This document shows, one piece after another, positions 28,366 through 41,830 of a stretch of DNA of 64,000 nt. Within the stretch, counting starts at the first letter, position 1. Each line of letters begins with the position of its first letter. The notes under the pieces were generated by a model, which ran no database searches, was not told the origin of the DNA, and was given only the letters and a program-made list of their open reading frames with translations. Source of the DNA: Phoronis australis (taxonomy: Eukaryota; Animalia; Phoronida). The stretch lies in contig NMRA01000010.1 in assembly GCA_002633005.1 (NCBI GenBank), forward strand, positions 1,928,516 through 1,992,515, read 5' to 3'. Made by a program: the position numbers and the translations under genes.

Positions 28366-30200
28366 CCACCCCCCATGGCGAAGGGCAACCATCTCGGTTG
28401 CCTACTTCTGCCGTCTTTAAATTTCAGACAACTGGAAAGGTTTGATGGTATTTGGAGCACTTAAGAACAACAGTAATTACTATGTAAAAATTAATAGCAA
28501 CAGTTTCCATTTAGCCTGCCTGAGGGACAGTCTGTTCAAGGTTATCCCCATATGCCAAGAGCGTGTGAGATCTTGTTATGTCCTGTTCACAGTCTATCAC
28601 CTCCCCAGATTGAATGCATCATCACTCCGGAGGTCACGACCTGGTCTGTTAATAAACCAGGATAATGTGGTTTAACCATAATTAGAAGAGAGATTGATCC
28701 GACCAGCTATCTTCCACCCATCCGTCATATATCAGCTGGTTCAATAGGAAACCCAAGTTTTCAATGAGGGGTTCAATGACCAGACTTCCTTACAGACCAG
28801 GAAAACCAAATACATCTTTTGGAACTATTTCAACAGAGGTCAAAATTTCAAAATTTTTACTCCAACTGACCCAAAACTTTCCAGAAAAGCCAACTATGCA
28901 ACCCAAAAAGAAGACTTCAAACTCCACCCAACATCGCAACAACCTAAAAGATGTATTTGCTTGCTCCTAGCTATGCTGATGCATAGCAGGAACTAAACAA
29001 CGATATTTTAACATAATCTATGCTAAATAAAGTATAGTTGTATTCATTGACAACTTGTAAATGTGAAAAAAATTCAGCAAATAGGTGACCTTTGAACTAA
29101 CGACGTACTACGTCACGATACTTACTGGACATGGTTCAGTGATTTGCAGCGGATCTCTTTCGCTACAAAACTCGGTTTTAAAAAATTTGACAACATTCGA
29201 CCTACCTCATATTCACATTGTTGTTTTAGGTTGAGTTTCTAACAAATTTGGCCAAGCACTCACAGAGATAAGGAATCTGTAATTTCCACTTTACTATTAG
29301 TAATTTCTTTTATTCAATACACAGATCACCCATTATCAACAACCAATTAAATTTGAGTTCACTTAAAAATGAAGATAATTGAGGAACTAATTAATTAACT
29401 TGCACTTCACAAGCACAGGAAATCCTTGCTTGGTTTAAACTATTCAAGTCGGAGGTTTGGTTTTAGTGTTTGGCCTCGTTAGTGAGCTCTGAGCTGTCAG
29501 AGAGCATTGGACTATTGTGAATCTGCACTAAAATTGCTACACAAGATAAGTAGATCCTACATCTTCAAGAACTGTTAATTAAACAACACAACTGTATTCC
29601 ATGGCATGAAGCCATTGGCCCATTGGCCCCACCGTACTCATAAAACAGGCCAGTGTAAACTTTTGACACCGCAACAAAACTTAGAAGTTCGTGAACCCTG
29701 AACTACCCAGGCAGTTAATCTGATCAGCTTATTACATAAGCTCAATAAACTTCTAATTCAATTTGAGAATGAAACAAAAAAGTGGTCAAAAGGACATGAC
29801 CATTTCAAAAACAAATTACTGGTGTTTTGTGGCTATCAACCGGTGTTCCGCCGAAGAAACTAACTTATGAATTAAATACATTTCCTGCACAGTCATCACA
29901 ATAAAATTCTCACATTCCGCATAGATCGCTCTCCCATGCCGTGAGATACAAAGTAACAGCACACTTCCAGAAACGGCAGGCAGGTTAGCAGCCTCACTTT
30001 CGTTCCTATGAAGATTCACATGTAAGCATGTCGTCTGAATACTTTATATTATAAATCACCTTTATGTCATAGAAAGTATTACTGCTATGCCGTGGGCTGA
30101 AATGCCGATTCAAGGATGAGGGACAAGCTAGATAAATATCCATGGATGTGGGATGTCACATTTCAACACTTCCCAATGGTTCTGAACGACAAAAGACATT

Positions 30201-30304
30201 AATGGTCTGATAAAGCGTGCCCGAATTTTGAGAACCAGTTTTCTCCACTAAATAACAGGCATCAAACTGGTTCTCAAAATACAGGCACGTTATATCAGAC
30301 TATT
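30201..30304. mobile_element. ~105-bp hairpin MITE
   Basis: AATGGTCTGATAAAGCGTGCCCGAATTTTGAGAACCAGTT / AACTGGTTCTCAAAATACAGGCACGTTATATCAGACTATT. Confidence 0.7.
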
Positions 30305-30458
30305 GCCCAAAAGACAGCAAAGACCATTGTGCGCACAGCGCCACCCTTGTAATCTTGCCTCATGGCAGAGAAGAGTGGAAGTAGAGAATACAGGAAATGC
30401 TTTTCCCCAATTCAGATAAGTCAAAGTCACGACTCTCTAATTGAGATTTTGATTTTAT

Positions 30459-30708
30459 TTAAAGGTGCATTTTGCCCTGTTTACTTAGTTACATTGTGTT
30501 TTTGACTCTAATAAAATACGTTTCAAAATTTACCATGATAAGATTCCATTTCTGTTACTAAAAAGAACATCAAAAACCATCAGCTTGTATGTGACGCAAT
30601 TGGAATCTTATTATGTTTATGAATATCATAATAGTGGTTATATGAGAGTAAAAAACCTAATCTGATTCTCGTTTTTAGCCAGCTAAACGTGGCAAAATGC
30701 AGTTTCAA
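30459..30708. mobile_element. TTAA-associated MITE (Kolobok-like terminus); related fragment at ~50215-50330
   Basis: TTAAAGGTGCATTTTGCCCTGTTTA mirrored by TAAACGTGGCAAAATGCAGTTTCAA; 50217-50280 matches the reverse complement of its right end. Confidence 0.55.
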
Positions 30709-31973
30709 ACAACTGGTAGGTACATCAGATGACACTCCTGCACTGATCAAGCAACGAGAGAATTATGAAATCTTTTGGTCAAATTCGAGAATCCTTTGAC
30801 CTGAATCGCAGGACAACTGTTACCATGATGAGAATTCAGGCCTGGCTTAACAAGTGCACTTTGAGAACACAAGCAAAAACATTTGGCAATGGCAATTTCT
30901 CATATTATGATGACATTTCCAGAATGTTTGGACAGATTGCGATTGCCGGAATTAACAGTTAACTGCACAGGAAATACAGGTGCTATGCGATTTAATGGAT
31001 TTCGTGCGAAAGTTATGACGGATACGGTTGGATGAACACACGAGACTCAGACCTGAAGCACGTGCGGGTGGAATCAGAAATTAACCATTTGTCAACCGGA
31101 CACATTGAACAGCTATCACCAACCCGCCTTAGCAAAAGTACACAAGGACTCTTACCAAACTTATGCATTCCGAACTATACGTGCTGTGTAGACCAGTCCC
31201 CCTGACTGTAAAATCTTCACAAATTTAGGACAAAAATAACAGCCAAAACTGATATTCATTAATCACTTGAATTAGATCGATTTCACAAAACCTTGTCTGA
31301 CTGAAGGTAGCTATGGTACAGAACTTAAAATGAATTTTAGCATTTATCTGGTGTCATCTTTCATCAAAAAATAAATTACACTTCTTTGCCACATGTCCTT
31401 ATTTGGAGATTTTACTGCAATCACAAAGACATTTTTCTTTGGGAAGTTCTTTTCTCACGAACATACCGTAGTACCTTCCTTTCTGACAAGTCGCATCTCC
31501 TTTTCTTTTTATGAACACACTGCTCTCTTTGAGAAACACATTACTTTTCTAATGCAAGAAATTTCTCTAGACAAAAATCTCATTCCTCTTCTCAGACCAC
31601 AAGCTTTTCTCACAACCAGTTGTGAGAAACCAACAGTTTGTTAGTGAGAAAACTTTGTGAAGGAGGAAGAACAACCAAACTGAAGTATTTTACTTTAGGG
31701 AGCTCCACAACTGCAGCTAAATATAAACAGAATTATTGGAGGGATATTGCGGTTGTGACACAAATAGCCAACAACTCATTATCAAATGCCCTGAACACCC
31801 CCACCATACTCAAAGCAACCAGCACAGGGCATGCTTTAGGCAATAGAGCTGAGCTCATAATACCAAAATCAAGAAGCTGGCATTGAAGGAACCTACTTAG
31901 AGGACCATGCAGACGGCTGGGTGAAGGGCAAAGATAACATCACACAAGGGAACATGGTATTTACTACCTGTAC

Positions 31974-32528
31974 CTTAGAAGGTGGTAAGTATCCGCTTCG
32001 AAGGAACCAGCACTTATCGCAATGACACACGTGGGAGCGTCGCCGTTGGTAATGCTTCTTACTCGAAGAACCTGTCCCTAAAGACTCCACCGACATGACT
32101 ACGTTTGCCATAGTAACCATCGTTAGGGGAACCTGAGACAACTGCCTGGAAACAGTGTTGACTTGGCCAACACCAGTGGTTATCGGGTACGCGGATGGAA
32201 TCAAGCTCACTGTCGTAAGAAGCACGTGACTCGCTTCAAGCAAGGCCATGTTGGTGTTACGAAATGCGCTACAACTTGTTTGTGGTATGTTGCCATGCAG
32301 GACTGGCGATTTCCTTCCATGAGGCTTTGACATGGACTGCGGCCTACGAACCAATGTTTGTAGTAACCCGGAAACGTGTTTCCACATGGTAGACTGGTGC
32401 TGTCTAGCAGATGAAGCAGCTTCATTGTTTGGCTTACTCTCAGAGTTGCTACTATTGTTTGGGTTATTACAATCCGAAGAACTGTGGCAAAATTCCTCCA
32501 TGTTGGCCGATGTCGACCTTCCCTCCAT
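31974..32528 (-). CDS. Candidate alternative first coding exon of the ARHGAP21/23-like gene (185 codons, Ser/Asn/Thr-rich)
   Basis: Longest ORF in the window (track 31893..32567). ATG at 32528 (MEGRSTS...) to AAG|gtacag donor at 31974 (alternative CAG|gtagta at 31968), both phase 0 and matching the acceptor at 21323. No recognisable domain. Confidence 0.55.
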
Positions 32529-35500
32529 CAGTGAGACCAAAACTCTTCTTAGAATCGATGCAGACAAGATGGCGCCCAGACCATGGCTAAGATGGAAGGA
32601 CGATACCAGTTGTGTTGGTTTAGTTCTTTGACAGGTACTGTCTGGTTACCTGGCTTCTACAGACTCAGTCAGGCTTGAACTGGATGTGACCCTTTGGCTG
32701 GCTTCTGAGAACTGGCCAAAGCTTGTGCGATGATTTATAAATACAACACACCTACAATTTTCACCACAAGATGAATAGCGCAGAAGGATACCGAACAGAA
32801 AGCCGGTTTTTGACCTACAGGTCTGACCACGAAAGTGGAAACAAATTGTATATTCAGTTACATCTTGCAGTACGGAATGCCACTTGGATGAGCTTGACAT
32901 TTAACTCCAGCAGCAAATTAGAAAACAAAACCTAGAGTACTTGACGTAATAGTCCAATTAGTGAGATGTAAAACATTTGTGTATTTACGTTTAAAAATGC
33001 GACTCACTAAAATAAAACGCCCAGTTCTGAACTAACAGACAAAGTCTAGAGCATATGACATAAGGAACTCGTATTGTGGAAATATTAACCATCTATTACA
33101 TGTATTACTTTTACTGGAAATCTTGGCATACCTCATTAAAAGTGAACTCCAATGACTTATGTAAATCACTGCATCACTGCGAGCAGCCAAAATAGTTGAA
33201 TGACTAAACACAGAACACAAACCTTCCAGAACAGATCACCATTGACAGAAAGTTTCGCAGGACAAGTATAAACTGCACCGAGCTGCAAAACCCTTTATAG
33301 ACGATGCAATGACGAAAAGTTCGCTATAAAGATGGCTCGTCGAAAATGCCTCACAAGAATGCCCCGAAATCAATCATGTGGAGTTAACCAGAGTCGAGAA
33401 GGTGAAGTGATTGACTGGAATATGATCAAACCCTCATACACTATGTTGATAATGCCGCATCTGACATCACAACCCTCTTTATTTTTACCAGCAGGGAGGT
33501 TGGCTCTTGTATTTGGAACACCTACGCTTTGGAAAAGGTTACCGATGTGTTAACCCTTCACCATTTTGACATAAAGTGAAATTATAGGTTACCTGGTAGA
33601 AATGCGTAAGACTAATGGAAAAATTATAAGTATTTTATAGGTACACCAGAAAGTCACAGGCTGTATTAGTTAAGGCAAAAGTTGGCAAGTAGTGAAAAAG
33701 CATTATCTACCATCCACTGATAAATAGTGGAACAGTGTTTTGATACAGACGTGCAATATTGTGTTAATAAAGAGATAACTCAAGAGTAGATAGAAGCAAC
33801 TGTACATGAGTTCAATCTGTGTGCGTGTATTTTTGAAAGTTCAGCTGGCAAGGTGCCAAATAAGTTTTTGTGCACGTGGCAGAGAAGGCATACTGACTGT
33901 TCCCATAGTCAGCAAACCAAGGAAAAGCACAAAGATGTCATCTCAGTGGTTTGTAAGTGGGTTTAGAAATCTGTACACACAATAATGAAGTTATTTGGAC
34001 ACCCAATTCAACTTGGGTTAGTTTCTGTGGAAGCACAGTAATGAAGTACTACTGCAGAACTGATATGAGTGGAAAAATTCATTTTGATTACTCAACATTT
34101 TGACAACCATAACTTAGGTGTCTGTGGTAAGTTCAATTATATCAAAACAAAATTACATAGTTTTTCAAGTAGGAATGAGATTCCTATTCTTGATATTCTT
34201 TAAATGGTGTTTTTATCAAAACAAACACATAAACTATCCACCAACCAGTAACATCCATGGAGCTGATGATGTTCAAAATTTTAGGGGAAGTTGGCAGATC
34301 CGTGTAGGATTATCTTGGCATAAGTGCAAGAATCCCTGGTATGAAAACGAAGGTATTTATAAATACATCCATAATCAAAGGTATAACTGTGATGATAATA
34401 ACAATAATCATAATAAACAAAATACTAATGATAAATAGTTGTAATGACGGAAATAAAAATGATTATAAATGAATTCTAATGATAAATGATTGTAATATTT
34501 TAACAGGTATGTACACCATCTGGGGAAAATTGGCCAATCAATAGCTCATGTATAGTACACAGGCAATGAGCGCGAATGAATTACCAGAGTTAAGAACAGA
34601 GTTATTGATTAACCAGTAGTTATCATGAGGTGACTATTGTGTCCCATTGATTAACAACAGTGATACGCTGGCTGTTCCTTGGCTGTACTGAACTGGCAGA
34701 TACTGCCAACCGTAGCTGGACATGGTGCACTGTGGCCCAAGCGAGTGCTCTAATGTCAAAATACCAGCAGCTTGACAGGTCGAAACAAGACCTTGCCAGG
34801 TGCTATGATATCAACCTACCAGGAGCTCAACTCTGACACCAAGACCTTATATATGTGGGAGGCACAAAACAACAATGAAATGCAGAACAATCACACACCA
34901 TTCACTGCCACATTTACACAGTTCCACTCTCCAACCCAACAGTACTGCAAGTTGATTTGGTCACAGTGAACTTCCTTTACAATAAACAAAAGTCCTAGCA
35001 GTCTCAGCCTTGTTGTTACAAAGCCCAACTGTAGAAGGCAGATACTCAGAAGCATGCTTGTTTATTTATTATCATAACAATTGGTCATGAAACAGCAATG
35101 AAACTACAAGCAAAGTGCTATGATTTCATATTCATTATCATAACAGTCACGAGAGAAATTCCGATAAAATTTGATTATATCTGTGCCTAAAAATGCTCAA
35201 ATTAAGCTGTGCCTAAAAAAGCTCAAATCCCACTCGAAGCCTTCACATATACACACAAGTAGGACTCAAGAGATTAGAACCAACAATATGTGGTCTCTGC
35301 GAAAAGAAAAGAAATCGCCACATGTACTTTTATAGTACGCAAGCACTAGAATCAGCCAACAGACACTCGGAGACTTCTAGGGCGGTTTCCAATAATTTCT
35401 TTTCTAACAACCGAACAGAAAGGCGACATTATATTGCGCAACATTACCCAACCGCTGTATAATCGATATATGGTTATATTAATTGGTGATCGAATATCAC

Positions 35501-37485
35501 CCATAATGACTTCAAGTGATCTACGTAAACATTTGATGCCCAGACAAAAATTGTCTCATGGGCTACAATAATAATTAAGTCCAAATCAAATGACACAAAC
35601 GAAATAGTTTGAGCTAACCAATAGTAAGTGCTCTTATTGTCAGCAACAGCATAATAATAACAAAAACAATTGACAATGCTGGAGAAGATTTCTAAAAGAC
35701 ATTAATTGCTGCCGTTGGTACACATCCTAGTGTGAAAACAAAATATTCTGGTGACCTTGTTTGGAGGTCATGCCAAGGTTAAATTACTGACCAACCTTCA
35801 TGATTTCATTTTGTAACCCCTTATGACAATCTGGAATAAAGTTGATGTCTTACCAAACGAAAACACACTGAGCAACAAAAAATGTTCGAGGCCGTTTGCA
35901 TTTGTTAAACTCTTGGTACCAATAGATGCCATCTGTAGCGATGTCCAAACTAAGAGTAACCGCAGAACAAATTACTCCTGGAAGGTTTAGTAGTAGCGTG
36001 GATGTTACTTGTGATAACTTACCTCACTTTCTGGAGGTGGGGTAACTTTTCTAGGGCAGCTTGCCCCAAAACAAGCCGTAGTGTGGATGAAAACCTGTAG
36101 ACAAGGCGTAACTACCTGCTATGCACTTGCTCAGTTACACACATAGGGATGTCTTAATTTTTGTGCAGCAGTGAACAAGAAAATCACACTGACAGCACAA
36201 CACATCGCACTTTGCAGCACCTACCTCTAATTAGAGATGAACGAGTCATTCGTAATAAGCATAACCTAGTAAGACCCTTCCTCGATTGCACTATAGATTT
36301 CATAAATACTAAAGATGATTAGATAATTGTTACAAACAAACTATGCCTACACATATGGGAAATGACACAAGTATTACACAAATAAAATAAAATAAAATCA
36401 AAGAAAATCAGATTTAGACATCATTTTTTCAAAAAATAAAAACAATTCCATACTAACAAAAATTTGACCAGATCAGAATGTCTGGGTTTTACCATGAATT
36501 GCAGCATTTAACTTAAACTTTCACGGATTTAATGCGAAATAACTTTTAACTGCAGCAATTCTGGCTTTAAAAAGTACGTTTCCATGCTCATTGGAAAGCA
36601 CGGAAAATTCTCAAATTCCCTCCCCTCTGAAATATTGCAGAAAATCTCACCTGAGATAAAGTTGTCCCAGAGCCTGACATGTTCACTGAGTGTGCAGCAT
36701 CGTGGGACCAAACATCATTAGAACCCTGAAAACAACAAACATCCATAGGGTCACAATCCATCCAGAGCAGTTCTGCCAGCATGCTCAAAAATAGTCCTGT
36801 CAGGAACTGATGGCACTGAAGTAATTATCACCACACAAGCATAACAAGATCCTTAAATGTTCAAACTTGACCTATTTTAGGCAGTCCAACAGGATGGCAA
36901 TGTTAGTCATTTGTCAGAGACTTCTGCAGTTGGGATAAGACACATCACCCCAGTTGAAAATCGCATAAACATCCAAAATGAAGGGTGACCCATTGGCTAG
37001 AACTATAACACTTTTGTGCTGCAATTTACATTCCAGTATGTCTCATCACCTCTGTGATTTTAAGGGCACACATCTGCTGCCACTTTACACTGATTATGAC
37101 CATAAAGCAGGGCCACTAATGTTTTCAGTTAACACAGTAATAAAGTTTTATCTATTTAGAGTTTGTCTGGTGCTCTCCTCTCAACTTGGAGCTATTTATA
37201 AATTGACATTCTTCTGTTAAGAATGCTTTCATCTTCTGTTGCATATGACTAACTTCTTAAGGGTAAATGTATACTTGAACACAACAGAAAATGTCATAAA
37301 GTGCAATTATGTACAACATGCAGTGGACCTGGCAACAACCTTTTGAGTCAACATAATTTGTCTTCAAAATAAAACGTGTAAGTGCCTGTTTAATAAGAGA
37401 AACTCCTAAAGATGGTTGAAGCTGTCAACATCAAACTAAGACCGAAGAGCTTAAAGATGATTTTTGTAAACCTTTTGCCTAGGAA

Positions 37486-38152
37486 CAGGGGTTCATCTAG
37501 GATTTCAAAAACAGGGCGACAAAAATGGGTTTCCCCAACTTCCTATGTTGTCTAAGAGCAGGGGTTCATCCAGGATTTCAAAAACAGGGTGTGAAAAATG
37601 GGTTTTCCAATTTCCCAAGGCGTCCATGATCTGTGTGGTGTGACTGGGTTTTTATGACTGTTACTGTGGAGACATGGTTCTGCAATACAGTTTATCCCAT
37701 CTTACATCATTTCTAAACCATCTTTGTTATTCTTGTCAGGTCAATGAGGTCCCAGAACTGCTTTTAGCTAGTTAAAAGCAGGGCATGGAATAACCAATGG
37801 CAAAAAAAGAGGAAAATTTTCCAAACGATATATCATTCAACAAATAGGCTTGTGTGACAGAAATATTTTGTGTGCAGTAAAGTTTAGCTGAATTAAATGT
37901 TTTTGCATGAATAAAGTCAAAATAATGATAGAAGAGGTGAAAAAAGGAGTAACTGGGAATCAAATAAGGGAAATCAAAAACAAATAAGGAGGAAATCCTA
38001 TTAAAGAAGGAAAATTCCAAGCCTTGAAAAAGATACCCATGCTTACTTTACTAGGGCGGCCAAATGCTGAATTACAAGTCATAACTTGGGTGGCCAAATT
38101 TGAATAAGGGTGCCCATTTGGATGCTCTGGACACCCTCTAGACGAAGGGCTG
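37486..38152. mobile_element. Degraded DNA-transposon-like repeat with tandemly duplicated left end (related copy ~5520-5835)
   Basis: CAGGGGTTCATC(T/C)AGGATTTCAAAAACAGGG twice (37486, 37559); internal TTACTxTGGAGACATGGTTC...CATCATT.CTAAACCA shared with 5625-5720; both end near ACCCTCTAGA. Confidence 0.55.
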
Positions 38153-38788
38153 CCTAAGACCCTGTGCAACGGTGAAATAATAGTACTAACCCTACACGTT
38201 GTAACTTAAATTAATTCTTCTAAATAGGCACAAAATTTAAACGAAACACTCCCACTGAAACACTGGCACTATCCAAAAAAACAACAGATGTATTTTAACC
38301 TGCCAGTTACAGCTAATCATCACCAACTTTCAAAAAGATGACGGTTTCTCATTCCAACTGAAACTCATGATAGCGAGCACGGCAAATTACAGTACTTTCA
38401 AAGTAATTTTCAAACCCAGTAGTTCGACTGACTAGGAATAAAGTAAGGAAACTAGGTAGAGATAAAAGTTGGTGTGCAGTGGGTGTTCCTTTACAAAACA
38501 GTATGCCTATAAATAGGTCTTGGTACATTTTAGTAATTACAACTTAGGATTTTCACCAGGGAGTCAAAATCATTAAGACATGTAATCCATGCTGCAAACT
38601 GAGGTATGTCTCCGCCAGGCAGGTAACACAATACCTTTATACTATGGAGCAATCAAAGCAAACTGAACTCAAGATGGGATAAGCCAGTTACTTTTTAGTG
38701 CTCAAACTTTCATTTTATAATACATTCTGTAGGCAAAATTAAAAAAGAAGTGTTTATGAAATATTTAGTGGTTTGTTCAAGGTTATGT

Positions 38789-39062
38789 AGGACCCTACAA
38801 AAAATGCCTAAATTTAGGTAACTTCAGAACATCTTATCTTAGAAATGGCTGATCAGTTTCACACGGAACTTTCAGGAACAATGCTTCTTGTACTGCTCTT
38901 CAAAATGCTGCTAGGAATTCTTTAAAAGGTTCCACTTTTAAATGAAGAGCTTTCAAAAATAGGACATCTTGATCACTTCATCAAATGTGTTTTGATATTA
39001 AAAATACCTTTCTTTGTAATTGGCTAAACACACAGACTTGTCGATAAAGTCCTTCATACCTC
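38789..39062. mobile_element. Old dispersed DNA-transposon remnant (relatives ~7550-8060, ~27733-28000 and inverted ~19978-20335)
   Basis: Shared GGAC/GCCTA..AAA..TGC/TCCAAATTT.G..AACTTCAG...AAATGGCTGA...TTTTCA motif string. Confidence 0.45.
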
Positions 39063-39594
39063 GAAATAAAATAATTTTACAAGCAGATACTAACAACCAA
39101 ATTCATTAGTGGTGTGATACTTTATAGAAATAAGCGGCGAACATTGTGGCCAGCAAAGTAACTACTTTTAAGCAGGGTCCCTTTATTTAGGGACACACTA
39201 CGCACACGTCCTCAACCACATTAAATCTGACCATATCAACATTGTGGGGGAGGGGCATCCCTGCCTATCTGTTGTCCTTAACAGGGCCTTCCTTTTGACC
39301 CTAAGTTGAAGATGATGCACATATATGCCAGTATTAAAGCTTTGGGGGAATTTGTTACAGGCACTCAGACTGACACTTGAAGTTTGAGGCACATCAATAA
39401 GGCACACATTTTGATGATGCCCAGAAGGATTTTGAGCAAATACAACAACAGGTACTACCAGGGGTCACTAGCTTGATGGTTCTCAACAGGTGTCACTAGC
39501 TTGATGGTTCTCAAAATACGGGACCCTCTACGTGACTATTACTAGAAACCAAAATGTAAACCATATTGACAAATTAGACAATCTTTATGATCCA

Positions 39595-39730
39595 TTTACA
39601 AAGAGTAAATATTCTCAGTTTAAATTTATGTTAATAATTTCTGACATTTTGCATGCAAAGTGTCGCTGCATGTAAAATGTCAAAAAATATTAACACGAAT
39701 TTAAACCGAGGATATCTACCCCTTGAAAAT
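39595..39730. repeat. Long imperfect palindrome (hairpin MITE)
   Basis: TCAGTTTAAATTTATGTTAATAATTTCTGACATTTTGCATGCA / TGCATGTAAAATGTCAAAAAATATTAACACGAATTTAAACCGA around a short loop at ~39662. Confidence 0.7.
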
Positions 39731-39756
39731 GACATTGACTGAAGTCTAAGCAGCAG

Positions 39757-40695
39757 CATCTATAAAACCGTTAGTTTGATTCGTGTTTTGGGCTGTAACC
39801 TTTTGTTGTACCAATAAATAGAACCCAGTGGAGTTCGTTGATTTCTTCCGTGAAAAGATTGAGCTCCAACTGGCATAACCAAATTTATTTATTCTAGTTT
39901 GAAGTTTGAGATTTCGACTTGACCTAATTAGCACTACTTGGAACTTTACACCCGCATACCCATTTTTTTGTCTATTATTGTTTACAATCCGACTCAATTA
40001 ACGTGCATACTACTTATTCATGCATTCACTGGTTTTAAGAGGTGTTCTTTTGCAGCAAACCCTTTTGGCAGGAATGATAACTAAAACAATCACGCGTGTG
40101 TCAAAAGGCCCCAAAATTGGCTTGTATTTTGAAGATACCGCGTGGCACATTAGGGAAACTCTTAGTAAAAAACAGTGATAGTCATTTATAAAGGATTACC
40201 TCTTCAAAACTTCTTCATTAGAAAAAACACGAGAGTGCATGTTCTCGCGGACAAATATCGTCCTCGAAAACACTCGACATCTTGCGGACATGATTTCGGC
40301 TCGTGTTATGGCGGACATGTGTCATCCCAGAGAAGAAAACTGTTTAAAACAAGTGGAATTAGGTAATAAAATTACTAATTTCACTGGCAGGCTAAAACAC
40401 GCAAACACAGAAACACATTCTGCAACGGACCAACTTCACTAACTGTTGGTTATCAATCCTGCCAAAAGGTGTCGCACTTTTGAAAATAGCTGCCTCACTA
40501 AATCCATGTTACAAATGAACGCCTCAGAAAAATCGAAAATTATGAATAAGAAGGGAGCAATCAGTACAAGTATTACATTTTTGGAATCACCGTGACAAGA
40601 GGATTAAGAAAATAGTAGTATCAAGTATGTACGTTAATAGATTCGGATCGTAAAAAATAACCAACCTCTATTACGAAACCCTTGCGTTACAGATG
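39757..40695. mobile_element. Decayed long-inverted-repeat element
   Basis: TTTACAATCCGACTCAATTAACGTGCATACT (~39981) mirrors ~40624-40653; CCTTTTGGCAGGAATGATAAC (~40061) mirrors ~40448-40469; boundaries approximate. Confidence 0.5.
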
Positions 40696-41278
40696 TGCTT
40701 CTGGTGAATCGTATGATCTGTTAGCCACTCACCAACAAGAAATTGCCAATTAGCTAAATAGTTAGCACTTGGAAGTTTTATCGAGGTCGCTGGTTCGATC
40801 ACTGGGTCGGATAATCTCAGCAATTACAACAACTGTATAGCATTCTTCACTTTTTAAAAATTACGCAATACACAAAATCGTATACGTTGATTGCTTTTGT
40901 GGCTAGATTCACAGCCCCAAACTCAATTCATTCCATTTGCCATAACCAAGACAAATTGGTGATTTGGACAATCCCAGAGTGCATCTTTCATGGATTATAG
41001 ATGGGCCATGCACAATGACAGTGGTGCTCAACCATTCACGGCCAATTAAGTACTATGGACATTCAAAGACTGCGTAGTTTAAACTGACACCATTTGCCAG
41101 TCAAATGTAAACAACGGAACGAGAAGGTTGACAAAACAAGTTCGTTTGACAATACTGACATGTTGAGTGTCAAATTCAGAGAACTTTACCCATTTTGCCC
41201 ACTGTGGCGAGCAGAACACAATGATCAAATGAGGTTATAATGGATTAGGATACAAGACCTGGGTTATAACACACGTAC

Positions 41279-41375
41279 CTTATATTAACACAATCTAAAA
41301 AACGAGCATCTTTTAGAAACATTTGGCAAGAATATTACCACAGCAGTACTCCATTTTCTAAATTCGTGACTTCAA
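41279..41375 (-). other. Candidate non-coding first exon of the ARHGAP21/23-like gene
   Basis: Strong donor AAG|gtacgt at 41279/41278, just downstream (minus sense) of an E-box GTCACATGA (41381) and a CCAAT box (ATTGG 41403); 5' boundary approximate. Confidence 0.35.
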
Positions 41376-41830
41376 CAAAGGTCACATGATAACGCAAATA
41401 TGATTGGTTAAAACTGTAAGGCGGCAATGGGGGCACCTGCTGATTAATTTAAAAATATATTGATAATTATTGAGTAACATGAACCAACATTATCATAGTA
41501 GCGTCAGAGAGTTTGAATTCATAAGAAAATGGGCGTAAAAGCATCGAAACAGAGAACAGACATTCATGAGTGCCTCTTTTAAAGGGGCAAAATATCGCGT
41601 CCAATAAAACATTTTAATACAGTTGATCTTTGACCTGCATTAACTTTTCTAAAATACAGCAAAAATTTTGCAATGGGCGCTAAATCCTGTTTATTTGAAA
41701 AAAATACAATTAAAAAATAATAATCAGGATATTTTTTGTTGTTATATATTTCAAAATTAAATAATAAGTGAATACTATTTAATTGAACTGGGGATCGTCC
41801 TGGGCAACCAGACGCAAAAATATGGCGACT
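41376..41830. promoter_or_regulatory. Putative bidirectional promoter between the ARHGAP21/23-like and DNHD1-like genes
   Basis: Divergent gene orientation; E-box 41381-41389, CCAAT 41403-41407, RFX X-box-like CGTCCTGGGCAAC 41796-41808, YY1-like AATATGGCG ~41819-41827; flanked by splice donors pointing outward on each strand (41279 minus, 41899 plus). Confidence 0.4.
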
